Shown here: in pieces, positions 50,729 through 60,402 of the stretch | How positions within the stretch are numbered: the first letter of the stretch is position 1 | Layout of the letters: each line of letters opens with the position of its first letter | IMG/VR virus record: IMGVR_UViG_3300021958_000036 | Coordinates: 1 to 64,000 of that record | DNA: 64,000 nt | Reading direction: 5' to 3' (one strand) | Origin: a virus | Lineage: Duplodnaviria; Caudoviricetes | Position numbers and translations under genes: made by a program | Notes under the pieces: generated by a model | Database searches by the model: none | What the model was told of the DNA's origin: nothing | Seen by the model: the letters and a program-made list of their open reading frames with translations, nothing else

Positions 50729-52351
50729 CTATTTTAAAATCCAATACATATCTTTAGGAATATTACTTCTTTTTAATGCATCTTTTACGTTTGTTTTTAC
50801 GTTTGTCTTATTGTTTCTTCTATCAGTAAATATAGGTAAAACATTCATTTGAGACAAAACAGCATCAGGAGTGTCTTGATAATCAGCTGATTTTCTTGAC
50901 ATGGCACCTAACATTGCGTCATTTAAAGCCTTTGAGTTCTTACTATAATCAGAACTAGCATCAAACAGCCATGAACCGATTGCCAAACTCATAACAAGAT
51001 CATCATTGAAGCCTCTTTTAGCTTGTGCTTTTCCACTTTGCCATGTAAAAACCTTAAGCTCTTCATAAAACCTTGATGAATATGATACCAACTGTTTATT
51101 CCTTAATACTTCTTCAAGTTTAGCTAATATCTTTGAACGTGATTTAGCGCTAGTTGTAAAACCAGCATTTTCAGGTGTTGAAGGAGCAATATATCCTCCC
51201 ACCAAAGCTGTGCCAGAATTCTTTCTATAATACATTCTAGGATATTTCAAATCTTTTAATTTTACAATTGTTGCATAACCATATGAATTGTTTTCTGGGC
51301 ATACAAGTGCCTTGTTATACTTCAAGCCAAACTCATTAATTGTTGCACCAAAGTCATCAGGACGTATCTTTCCTTTAAATTCTGCAACTACTTCACTTTC
51401 ATCAATGTCAATTATATGAAATGTTGAATAGTCTTTAGAATCACCTCTGGCAACGTCTGCGGATAAAATATATGAATGCTCTGAAAGAGGATACTTCCAG
51501 ATCCAGACATTATTATCCGGACCTTCTCTAGCTATCGGGTCTTTAACACTTGTCCTAAGCCAGTCGATTGATTTGTTATCCAAGAAAGTTTCACCTGAAG
51601 TAGTGAAATCACAAAGGTATTCTTGTGCAATTTGTCTAGGCGAAAGATTATTTGTGATTTGTTTAAACCACTCTTCATCTCTTTCAGGATGAACATCCCA
51701 TGGTAATCTAATAGCATTGAACTCATTAAGATTTGCTTCAGCTTCTGTGTAAAGTTTGTAGTATTGTCCTCCAGCACCGTTTGGTGTAGACAAAATAATA
51801 ACTCGACCACCTGTAGAAATTGTAGGATAGATACCAGTCCAAATAGTGTCAAAGTTTCTTACAAAAGCTGCCTCATCAACAATTAATAACGAAAGAGCTT
51901 CTGAACGACCAGCATCTTCAGATGTAGGAATTGCTTTTATTTGAGACCCGTGATTAAAAACAATCTCCTGTTTGTTATTTGAAACAATCTCAGGAAGCAT
52001 TAGCCACTTTGGTAGTGATCTAATCATTGTCTTGACTTTTGTAATAAAGTTTTGTGCTACTTTTAGTTTAGTAGCAATGATTAGAACATTCTTCTCTCTT
52101 TGAAATATTGCCATCCAAACTGAATAAGCAGCAACAAGTGTAGACAAACCTAACTGTCTAGACTTAAGAACAATATTAAATCTGTGATCAATAAAGTCCT
52201 GAACACAGTCATCCTGAAACGGAAAAGTCTCAAAGGGAATCAAACCTTTTACAGGATGCTGAATTTTAAGATAATTCTTAAAAAAATAATCAGGCTCTTT
52301 ACCACACCTGATTATTTCTCTAACTTGTGCTTGCTTGGTTTTGGTAGCCAA
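50729..52351 (-). CDS. Terminase large subunit (T4 gp17-like)
   Basis: 'KSRQLGLST', 'IVDEAAF', 'LSTPNG', 'ADVARG..DYS', 'NDDLVMS'. Confidence 0.93.
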   Translation of the reverse strand: MATKTKQAQVREIIRCGKEPDYFFKNYLKIQHPVKGLIPFETFPFQDDCVQDFIDHRFNIVLKSRQLGLSTLVAAYSVWMAIFQREKNVLIIATKLKVAQNFITKVKTMIRSLPKWLMLPEIVSNNKQEIVFNHGSQIKAIPTSEDAGRSEALSLLIVDEAAFVRNFDTIWTGIYPTISTGGRVIILSTPNGAGGQYYKLYTEAEANLNEFNAIRLPWDVHPERDEEWFKQITNNLSPRQIAQEYLCDFTTSGETFLDNKSIDWLRTSVKDPIAREGPDNNVWIWKYPLSEHSYILSADVARGDSKDYSTFHIIDIDESEVVAEFKGKIRPDDFGATINEFGLKYNKALVCPENNSYGYATIVKLKDLKYPRMYYRKNSGTALVGGYIAPSTPENAGFTTSAKSRSKILAKLEEVLRNKQLVSYSSRFYEELKVFTWQSGKAQAKRGFNDDLVMSLAIGSWLFDASSDYSKNSKALNDAMLGAMSRKSADYQDTPDAVLSQMNVLPIFTDRRNNKTNVKTNVKDALKRSNIPKDMYWILK

Positions 52352-52729
52352 TTATGCAACCTCAAAAGTATATACACTTCTAACTAATGCAGTTCCTTTT
52401 GGTGAATAAGCTGACATGTTGATAAGCTCAACTGATTCGTCAACACCACCTTTTTTGGTTTTAAGTGCGCGACCTGCTGCTGACTTAAAATCAGCTTTAA
52501 TCTTTTTCATATATTCGTTACATGCCTTATTAAGCTGATCTCTTGCTTTATCAGCTTCTCTTTGCATTTCTGAACGGTTTAAAAGATTAACAACAACCAT
52601 GCATGTGATTTTCAATGTTTTGTCACCGTGCATTTTACCAACACATCTGAAAGAACCAATTCCATCATAATTGTTTTGAAATGTGTCGTCAACAACACTG
52701 GCGAGAATATTAATTTCACTAAATTCCAT
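52352..52729 (-). CDS. Hypothetical protein upstream of terminase
   Basis: Start MEFSE at 52729 with GGAG SD and ATATTTA motif at 52748-52754. Confidence 0.6.
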   Translation of the reverse strand: MEFSEINILASVVDDTFQNNYDGIGSFRCVGKMHGDKTLKITCMVVVNLLNRSEMQREADKARDQLNKACNEYMKKIKADFKSAAGRALKTKKGGVDESVELINMSAYSPKGTALVRSVYTFEVA

Positions 52730-52733
52730 CTTT

Positions 52734-53000
52734 TTACTCCGATAGCGTAAATATGCCAATATTGGCTTTCTTACGTAAATAAATATATTCTTCAACAGCA
52801 CTTTCTTCAGGGCGCCAACCTTCTTTCCACTCTTCTCTTCTAGCTTCAACAAACGTTAAGTAACACTCATGACAACACTCATGTTCTCTATTTGAATTTA
52901 AGTCCATCATTGTTACCAGCGGAAATTCGCAAATATCACAAAAAAATCTTTGCTTTTCATTTGTTTCATCTATAATCTTGATATCAGGGTTGATATACAT
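52734..53000 (-). CDS. Small Cys-rich (Zn-finger-like) protein
   Basis: Start MYINPD with GGAG; 'FFCDIC...CCHECY...GWRP'. Confidence 0.55.
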   Translation of the reverse strand: MYINPDIKIIDETNEKQRFFCDICEFPLVTMMDLNSNREHECCHECYLTFVEARREEWKEGWRPEESAVEEYIYLRKKANIGIFTLSE

Positions 53001-56000
53001 AAGAATCGACTCCTTTTCTTGTAATGTCAATTGTATTATCAACAATGTCCTTGATTGCATCAATATGTGATATCACAAGAATATTCTTAAACCACTTTTT
53101 TAACGAATGCAACAATTTACCACAAGCTTCTAGATTTGTTTCATCTAATGCACCAAAACCTTCGTCAATTATCAACATGTTTGTCTTAGGTAATGTAGAA
53201 ACATTAATTAATGCAACTCGAATTGCCAGAGAAGCCATCATTTTTTCCATACCAGAACCAAGCTCCACAATACGCCTAGAATCACCGTAATTAATGTATA
53301 TGTCCATCGCATTAGAATCTAAATCTGCTTCTAGTTCCACTGTAAAACCTACAACACCTTGAAGTATTTTAGATATCTCAGAATTGATTCTGGGTAACAT
53401 AGAATGAATAATTTGAACAGGTATGCCTCTTTTTGAGACTGCCTGACTAAACATGTCGTATAGCTTTAAACTACTGTTTAGCTTTTCGTACTCATTCTTT
53501 TGCTTTGTGTAAAGCTTTGATTTAGCTTTCCAGTCTGCAAGACTATTGATAATTAATATTCTGTCTTTGTCAAAAGTTTTTATTTCTTTTTCAATATCAT
53601 ATGCTTTTGACTTTAAAATAGAAAGTTTACCATCGTTATCCTGCAATTCAAATTTTTGCTGTACTTCTTCTAAAAGTCGTTTTTTGTTTTGAGCTTTTTC
53701 AAAATCTTGAGAAATAATATTTTCACAACGCTCAATTTCAACCTTTATATCAGAGATTTCAGATACTAATTCTGATTTTCTTTCAATTAGTTTGTTGTAT
53801 TTTTTAATTTTTGCTTCAAAGTCATCCTGAAGCTCAGAAAACATGTTAGATATATCATCAACTTTAACACTCAACATTAAAACTTTCTTTTGTTGTTTGT
53901 CAAGCTTCTTTTTGTTTTTATGAGAATCTTTAATAAACTTGCATGTCGGGAAAGAATCACCACAAGGTACTTCAGCAAGTCTAGATACAGATTTTTCAAT
54001 TGAATCGAGTTCTTTTTTCTCAAGAGAATAAAGATTTTTAAGTTCTAATAACTCTCTTTCAATTTTTAATTTTAAATCTTTCTTTTTTCTAATTGATTCA
54101 ATATCAAAGTTTTCGATAAAAGAAGAAATCTTAAGAATCTTCTCAGAACTTTCACTTATTTCTAACTCGAGCTTTTCTTTTCTTTCTTTTTGAGCTTTTG
54201 CTTCAGATACTAATCTCTTAATTTGATTAGATAGCTCATCAATGTCTTTTTGAGATACATGATCATTGTTATCTTTTTTATGAATCTCAGATCTAATCTT
54301 GTCTAATTGTTCTTGCTTTTCTTTAATGTCTACTTCGATAATCGCTTTCTTTTTTAAGTACTCTTCTATTTTTAATTGACTTTCTTCTATTTTCTTAGTC
54401 CAGTTTTCACCAGCAAGAATATTAGCTTTTGAACGAACCGACTGGAAATCTTTCCTTGAAGCATCATACATTTTCTCAAAGATTTCTAAATCTAAGAAAT
54501 TTACAAGGATTGATTTTCTTGATGAAGCTTTTTCTCTAATAAAAGTATTCATTTCTCCTTGGGATGCAAGGCTAGTCATTAAAAACTCATCAGATGAACC
54601 AATTAGATTTCGAAGCACTTTTTCAGTTTCTCTTCTTTGTTCGTCAGTTAAATCTTCCATTTCTTCGCCACTATTATCCAACCTGTTTACTTGAAGCTTT
54701 GTGGGTGCCCACGGTCCATTTTTTGAAGATTTTTTTACTGTGTTTCTTTTTGCTCGATACTGCTGACCACCTATAGTGATATCTGCTGAGGATTGACACT
54801 TGCTTCTTCTGCTGTTTATAATATGAATATTTTTAACTGAACCGCGATCTGTTGTGTTAAAAAGATTATAAACAATTGTACCAATTATCGAAGATTTACC
54901 TCTTGCATTTCTTCCAAAAATACCAGTAATCCCAGGTAAGTTATCAAAATTAATATAGTTTCCCTCACCATAAGAAAATGTGTTATCAAACTTAATATTG
55001 TTTAATGTCCAACTAATGTTCCTATTTTCTGAGTTATTTTGAGTAACCTCATGAACATATTTAGAAATCATACCTTCTAAAGATTTCCACTCTTCTTCAG
55101 ATAAAGATTGATTGTTATAATATGATCTAAACAACTCTTTTTGTGTTTCAACATCTCTTAAATTGATGCTGTTTTCATTCTCAGGGTCAATAACATTTTC
55201 TGTTTCTAATTTAGCATCAACTTTAAAAACAACCTCAGTTGCGTTGTGTGACTTCTTTAGAGTTTTTGCAACTCTTTTTGTATCTGACTGAGATATAAAG
55301 TTATTTGCTCTAATTCTAAACCTAGATCGCCTAGGCTTAGCATAACACTTTTCAAGTGTTGAATCAACATCACCTGCCCAATCTACGGTTATAAAAGGGG
55401 TTTCATTTTTTACCTCGTGAAACTCAACATCAAAGTCATCTTTTCCTCTAATGTCCCATACCAAAAATCCTTTTTCTGAGTCTTCTCCGTAGTTCTGCTG
55501 AATAGTAGACCCGCAGTAAGCTACAGTTTTTTCTTCATTAAGAAATTGACGCTTATGAATATCACCTAACAAAGCATAATCAAAACCTTTGAAAGCATTA
55601 AGGTTAATCTCACCTTCTAATTGCCAGTCAACATCAGTCAATGAACCCCTAACAGCACCATGATAAAATGCTATGTTTACTCTGTCTGGGTCTGGATTAA
55701 TGTCTTTCCATCCTTCTTCATCAAAACAAGAGAATACACACCAGTCAATATTATCAAATCCTGAGTAATAGACACCAGAATCTTTGTAAAGATGAATATT
55801 TGGATTGTTCAGTGCTTTAATGATTGGTGTAATTGCATCTTGTCTATCTTTGTTAAGAATTAGACCGTCATGATTCCCTAGGATTACATGAGTTGGACAA
55901 ATACTTGCCAGCTTATTAAACCACCAGCAAAGACACTGAATTAACTCAGGTGATATTCCTTGTGTTTTACTGTGAACAATATCACCGCCAACATATATTA

Positions 56001-56112
56001 CATCTGGATTAAGTGATTTAGCTTTTTTAAAGAAATCGTTAAAAGAAGAGATGTATTCTTCATGACGTGATAATCCACGCCAGTGAACATCTGCTATGTG
56101 TATTATTCTCAT
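52984..56112 (-). CDS. Fused Mre11/SbcD nuclease and Rad50/SbcC ATPase (gp47-gp46 fusion)
   Basis: 'HIADVH', 'GGDIVH', 'GNHD', 'LGDIH'; Walker A 'GRNARGKSS', coiled coil, 'SGME', 'IIDEGFGALD', 'ISH'. Confidence 0.88.
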   Translation of the reverse strand: MRIIHIADVHWRGLSRHEEYISSFNDFFKKAKSLNPDVIYVGGDIVHSKTQGISPELIQCLCWWFNKLASICPTHVILGNHDGLILNKDRQDAITPIIKALNNPNIHLYKDSGVYYSGFDNIDWCVFSCFDEEGWKDINPDPDRVNIAFYHGAVRGSLTDVDWQLEGEINLNAFKGFDYALLGDIHKRQFLNEEKTVAYCGSTIQQNYGEDSEKGFLVWDIRGKDDFDVEFHEVKNETPFITVDWAGDVDSTLEKCYAKPRRSRFRIRANNFISQSDTKRVAKTLKKSHNATEVVFKVDAKLETENVIDPENENSINLRDVETQKELFRSYYNNQSLSEEEWKSLEGMISKYVHEVTQNNSENRNISWTLNNIKFDNTFSYGEGNYINFDNLPGITGIFGRNARGKSSIIGTIVYNLFNTTDRGSVKNIHIINSRRSKCQSSADITIGGQQYRAKRNTVKKSSKNGPWAPTKLQVNRLDNSGEEMEDLTDEQRRETEKVLRNLIGSSDEFLMTSLASQGEMNTFIREKASSRKSILVNFLDLEIFEKMYDASRKDFQSVRSKANILAGENWTKKIEESQLKIEEYLKKKAIIEVDIKEKQEQLDKIRSEIHKKDNNDHVSQKDIDELSNQIKRLVSEAKAQKERKEKLELEISESSEKILKISSFIENFDIESIRKKKDLKLKIERELLELKNLYSLEKKELDSIEKSVSRLAEVPCGDSFPTCKFIKDSHKNKKKLDKQQKKVLMLSVKVDDISNMFSELQDDFEAKIKKYNKLIERKSELVSEISDIKVEIERCENIISQDFEKAQNKKRLLEEVQQKFELQDNDGKLSILKSKAYDIEKEIKTFDKDRILIINSLADWKAKSKLYTKQKNEYEKLNSSLKLYDMFSQAVSKRGIPVQIIHSMLPRINSEISKILQGVVGFTVELEADLDSNAMDIYINYGDSRRIVELGSGMEKMMASLAIRVALINVSTLPKTNMLIIDEGFGALDETNLEACGKLLHSLKKWFKNILVISHIDAIKDIVDNTIDITRKGVDSYVYQP

Positions 56113-56122
56113 TTTGCCTCAT

Positions 56123-57385
56123 TTATCGGGTCATTTTTACAAGACAATCTCTTTCATCAGGTGTGAAATGAAGATTATATCCTGGTAATATTACCCAACA
56201 TCTTTTAGAAATACAATTTTTAGGCTTGGGTGCACAACCATCTGTCATAACAATATAACCATCATATTCAGCAGCTACCTTTCTATAATGGGTTTCAACA
56301 GCATTAAAGCATGTGCCTCCAGAACGTGTTCTCTTTAAACCATCTAGGCTTTTATTCTTTTTCCAGACAAACTTTGATTGCTCATCAACGCCATAATCAA
56401 AGTTATAAATAGTAAATGTTACATCACGAGATAATTCAGACAATGCTGAAAAGAATAATCCTAAGTCATCATCACCAACAGAACCTGATTGGTCAATATA
56501 AACAGCAATGTTTGATGTGTGATTTGTTTTTGTACCGGGGTGAATATATGGATACTTCCTGTTAATACGCCTGAATGTTCGAGACTTCTTTGCTTTTTGC
56601 TTGCTTCCACAAAAGTATTGTAATGTTCTACGCCAGTCAACAACAGTCTCACCACCTTGAATGATTTCTTTTCTCAATTCAGCTGGAACAGAACCCCAGT
56701 TGTTGCTTCTTTGTGCTTTTTCAGATGCTTGTTTTATAACTTTTTTAACATTTGCATCTAAAAGCTCTCTATCAGACTCAGAAAGACCAGAACCGTCACC
56801 CTCAATGTGTACATCAACACCCATGTCACCGTCTTCAAACATGCTTTTGGCAGCTTCTTCAATATCTGGGTCTTCTGTTAGTTTGTTCATATACCACTCA
56901 GAAGCTTTGTCACGAGGAAAAGACGAAATTAAATCAACAAGTTTGTTAGCTTTTTCATTTGTATCTTTGTCATCCAAGTTTGGTGATTTCATTTTTTTGC
57001 CTGGAATTAGACCACCTTCGGGTAGTTCGCTTTCAGGAATAATAGAATTAATTGCAAGGTCTGTTGCAATATTCCAGAGAACATGCGGGTCTTGCTTTCT
57101 TGAAGTAACATGTTTGAATATTAGATGATAACACTCATGTTTCATCAATCCAAAGAAATGTCTCCTAGAAAGTGAAGATACAAAGTCTGGATTCCACATT
57201 AACGTTATTGTTCCATCAATGACTGCAACACCAGCTGTTGGAATACTGTGTGTCTTATACTTTCTCATGGCACGAATAATATCACTAAAGAAAGGCTCAT
57301 CCTGTAAGAACAGGACAAGCAACTTACCTAGCTTTTTCTCGTTAATATCAAATATTTCAGGTTCTTCTTTTAATTCAAAAGTCAT
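56123..57385 (-). CDS. Metallopeptidase-like plus VWA protein (DUF2201-type), MoxR partner
   Basis: HExxH 'HECYH', 'WNIATDLAIN', MIDAS 'DQSGS', 'GGT', 'MTDG'. Confidence 0.8.
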   Translation of the reverse strand: MTFELKEEPEIFDINEKKLGKLLVLFLQDEPFFSDIIRAMRKYKTHSIPTAGVAVIDGTITLMWNPDFVSSLSRRHFFGLMKHECYHLIFKHVTSRKQDPHVLWNIATDLAINSIIPESELPEGGLIPGKKMKSPNLDDKDTNEKANKLVDLISSFPRDKASEWYMNKLTEDPDIEEAAKSMFEDGDMGVDVHIEGDGSGLSESDRELLDANVKKVIKQASEKAQRSNNWGSVPAELRKEIIQGGETVVDWRRTLQYFCGSKQKAKKSRTFRRINRKYPYIHPGTKTNHTSNIAVYIDQSGSVGDDDLGLFFSALSELSRDVTFTIYNFDYGVDEQSKFVWKKNKSLDGLKRTRSGGTCFNAVETHYRKVAAEYDGYIVMTDGCAPKPKNCISKRCWVILPGYNLHFTPDERDCLVKMTR

Positions 57386-57401
57386 AATGCCTCCTGATTA
57401 T

Positions 57402-57430
57402 ATTATAATATAAGTAGCACTTTTTTGCAT
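57402..57430 (-). promoter_or_regulatory. Sigma70-like promoter
   Basis: ATGCAA-N17-TATAAT, then GGAGG. Confidence 0.7.
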
Positions 57431-57439
57431 GTAAGGCAA

Positions 57440-58495
57440 TTATTTAACTTCATTTGAAGTGTTAATAATATCAACAACCTTCTTGCCTAGGAACTTATGA
57501 AAGACCCTAATGTTTTCAAGTTCTTGTGTTTCCATAATCATGTTAAAGAAGTTAACGACCATTTCATCAGAACATGCCTCTAGAAAGTCTGCAACATTGT
57601 GTGCTTCTTGAACAGTAACATGATTGCTCTTGCTAAATGTAACAATCTGGTCAATCAAATCGTTCTTTTTGTCACTTGAAAGTGCAACAATTCTAGCTTT
57701 TTTGTTTTCCCACTTGTTTAAAATGTCAGTTGCAAAAAACTTAGCTTCAAAGTTCCTAACAAAATCAGAGAAAGAAACAGAAGCTTCAACACCAACAAAG
57801 CCAGTGCACATAGGATAGAATATATCAGGCAAGCTTTGACCAGCACAATCATCTGGGTTTGCATTTGCATGAATAAGTGCTTGACTTAGGCGATGCCATG
57901 AAGCAGGGTTTGGATATACCTTGCCTGGCTCAAGCTTCTTACTATAGCGAAGGTGTGCTGGATACTTCTTGATAAAGTTAGTTACGATATCAGGAATGTC
58001 ATCGCGTCCAGTAGCCCAGTTTAACCAGTCTTCTGTTGTAGGTTCTAGTTCTGCAGACCAAAAACGACGAAGGAGTGCAGGGTCCATGTCAACAACCTGA
58101 TATTCACTACCTTCATTAACAGCTGCATAAACACGTGTTTGTGGGTGAAGTTTGTGTCCGTTAAGTTCTCTATCAAGAACAATTTGGAAAGCACATTGTT
58201 GAACTTCAACAGTTGCACGATTAAGCTCATCAAAGAAAAGAACAACGGGTTCTTTGCAAGCACGAATTAACCAATCAACAGGTGCAAAACGTGTAACGCC
58301 ATCTACAAGTTCGGGAAGACCAATAATGTCACCTTCAGTCATTTGCGAAAGCCGTCGGTCAATAACTGGAAGACCAACCTCTTTACCGATTTGATGAAAG
58401 ATGTGAGACTTACCAATACCAGTAGGTCCTTTAGCCAAAACTGAAATGTCTTCAGGGAGTTTAGATACAACAGAAATAAAAGTTTTAATGTCCAT
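57440..58495 (-). CDS. MoxR-like AAA+ ATPase
   Basis: Walker A 'GPTGIGKS', Walker B 'LFFDELNRA', 'MDPALLRRF'. Confidence 0.85.
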   Translation of the reverse strand: MDIKTFISVVSKLPEDISVLAKGPTGIGKSHIFHQIGKEVGLPVIDRRLSQMTEGDIIGLPELVDGVTRFAPVDWLIRACKEPVVLFFDELNRATVEVQQCAFQIVLDRELNGHKLHPQTRVYAAVNEGSEYQVVDMDPALLRRFWSAELEPTTEDWLNWATGRDDIPDIVTNFIKKYPAHLRYSKKLEPGKVYPNPASWHRLSQALIHANANPDDCAGQSLPDIFYPMCTGFVGVEASVSFSDFVRNFEAKFFATDILNKWENKKARIVALSSDKKNDLIDQIVTFSKSNHVTVQEAHNVADFLEACSDEMVVNFFNMIMETQELENIRVFHKFLGKKVVDIINTSNEVK

Positions 58496-58538
58496 GTTTT
58501 TGTTTCCTATTTGTTAGGGTTTTGTTGTTTGTATTTAA

Positions 58539-58567
58539 ATTATAATTCTTTGTTTTTAATTTTGCAT
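58539..58567 (-). promoter_or_regulatory. Sigma70-like promoter
   Basis: ATGCAA-N17-TATAAT. Confidence 0.7.
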
Positions 58568-58573
58568 GCCACA

Positions 58574-59014
58574 CTAAGCTTTTGAAATATTGATTTTTGA
58601 GACCCATATTCTTCCTTCTTGTCCCATAACCAAAACATTGTCATTCCATCTAGTAACATCTCTTAAGCTCTTCTTCTTTGTCACTTTTATCTTCTCTGAA
58701 ATCTTTGAAGATTTTTGTGCAACTGAAATAATCATGCCAATCTTACTAATCTTTTTTGACTGTTGATAGTCATAGACTTCGTAATGAACCAAATCACCCT
58801 CAGAAAAGTTCCAAGAAATATTTAAATCTTGCTTCTTTTCATGCATAGTACTTCTAATTTCATGACGTTGCTTATTAGTAAAACCACCCTTCTTTTTTTG
58901 AGGCTTGGGCTTCGGTTCTTGACCAGCAGCAATTGCTGCTTCAATCTCCTCTTGCTCTTTCTCTTGCATTTGACGCTTAATGTCTCTTAATTGCTTGCCA
59001 GAAAGCTTGGCCAT
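58574..59014 (-). CDS. Hypothetical basic protein (C-terminal SH3/KOW-like)
   Basis: 146 aa; GGAG SD; 'FSEGDLVHY'. Confidence 0.55.
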   Translation of the reverse strand: MAKLSGKQLRDIKRQMQEKEQEEIEAAIAAGQEPKPKPQKKKGGFTNKQRHEIRSTMHEKKQDLNISWNFSEGDLVHYEVYDYQQSKKISKIGMIISVAQKSSKISEKIKVTKKKSLRDVTRWNDNVLVMGQEGRIWVSKINISKA

Positions 59015-59046
59015 TTATTATCTCCTTGTATTTGAATTACACTTTT

Positions 59047-59075
59047 ATTATAATATTAATTATAACATTTTGCAT
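59047..59075 (-). promoter_or_regulatory. Sigma70-like promoter
   Basis: ATGCAA-N17-TATAAT. Confidence 0.7.
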
Positions 59076-59095
59076 GCAGCAAATACAAGTTTATA

Positions 59096-60400
59096 TTAAA
59101 TGCCAAACAACCCAAACATATCTCTGCTTGACATAAAGCTTACTAACTTATCAATATAATCGTCACCAATTAAACTATTAACACGCTTTAAGTCAAAGTC
59201 TAAATCAGCACACAACATAACCCTTCCTGACCTTCCATTTCCGTCTGAAAAAGGGTGAACCCACTCATAACAAACATGCTTAAGCCACGGGTCCTGAAGT
59301 TGAAAGACCTTAGCCAGACAGTGATTAAAGTCTTTTGTGTCTGGATACTTAATACCGGTTGGCGAACTATGAGAAAAGCCACGAACACAGCCTGGGGTAT
59401 CTCTCTCAATAACAATCGGGTCAAACTGGTCGTGAATCTTTATTATTTTAAATTTATCATCAATATTTCCAATTCTATGAGCCATTGTCAAGCATTTGAA
59501 TTGAGAAAGCAAATGAGGGTTATCAGTAATTTGCTCGGGTGGAAATCCAAGAATAAAATTTAAAGCAGCATCATAACAAACGTCATAGTCAATATGATAT
59601 CTTTCAATCTGATTTGTTCGATGTAAAAAATAAGCTAGCTCATGTGCATATTCTTTCATAAACTGAGATTCGTTCATGTCCGGATATGATTCTTTAGCTA
59701 ATTGATAAAATTTATCACTTAATTTTTTATAGTGTTTTGTTGATAAGTTCATGTTTGAGACTGATTCGAAACTATCACTATTAATATATAGGTCAGATAG
59801 CATTTCTCCAATCATTCTGCCATATGAAACATCACTAGGAAAATGAACACAATTCTCAATCCTAGACTGACCAATTAACTCGGCAAATGTCCTTAAATCT
59901 CCTGTGTAATTCTCGAAGTCATTAGCAATTACCTCCGCAATAAAATAAGCAATTGCAGTGTGTCCGCTCGGAAACGAAGGTGACTTACAACTTTTTACAT
60001 TTTTATAGTCATCATCATCGTTAATTAGAAAAGTCTTTGGCCTGGGTCTGTTATATTTGTACTTGAGATTTAACACAATAGTATCAACATCTTCTAATAG
60101 CTTTCCTAAAAATTTCCAATCAACGAATATTGCATTCTCTTTACAAAAAGTCTTAAATAAATCTTCCACACTTTCATCTGACTCTTTTAAAAAAGAAGCA
60201 GGAAGGCATGGGTTTCTATGATGATGCTTTATATTCTCTATGTCTTCTTGGAATTCTTTACTTCCAGGCTTAGGAAAAGACATGTCAGGAAGCATGCTTC
60301 CATTTTTAATGTATTTGCAGCTTCTAGCCATTCTTTTTTTGTATTTTTCATGAACGACGCTGTCTTTGGATTCTTTAAAAAGACGCTGCAGTGAAATCAT
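59096..60400 (-). CDS. PAP2 phosphatase-Fic domain fusion protein
   Basis: PAP2 motifs 'KYKYNRPRP', 'SFPSGH', 'SRIENCVHFPSD'; Fic motif 'HPFSDGNGRSGR'. Confidence 0.8.
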   Translation of the reverse strand: MISLQRLFKESKDSVVHEKYKKRMARSCKYIKNGSMLPDMSFPKPGSKEFQEDIENIKHHHRNPCLPASFLKESDESVEDLFKTFCKENAIFVDWKFLGKLLEDVDTIVLNLKYKYNRPRPKTFLINDDDDYKNVKSCKSPSFPSGHTAIAYFIAEVIANDFENYTGDLRTFAELIGQSRIENCVHFPSDVSYGRMIGEMLSDLYINSDSFESVSNMNLSTKHYKKLSDKFYQLAKESYPDMNESQFMKEYAHELAYFLHRTNQIERYHIDYDVCYDAALNFILGFPPEQITDNPHLLSQFKCLTMAHRIGNIDDKFKIIKIHDQFDPIVIERDTPGCVRGFSHSSPTGIKYPDTKDFNHCLAKVFQLQDPWLKHVCYEWVHPFSDGNGRSGRVMLCADLDFDLKRVNSLIGDDYIDKLVSFMSSRDMFGLFGI

Positions 60401-60402
60401 TA

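Noticed and set aside
7302-52351. Inteins or introns in nrdJ, helicase, recA or terminase
   Set aside because: Lengths are normal, motifs are contiguous, and no intein C/S...HN signatures were seen.
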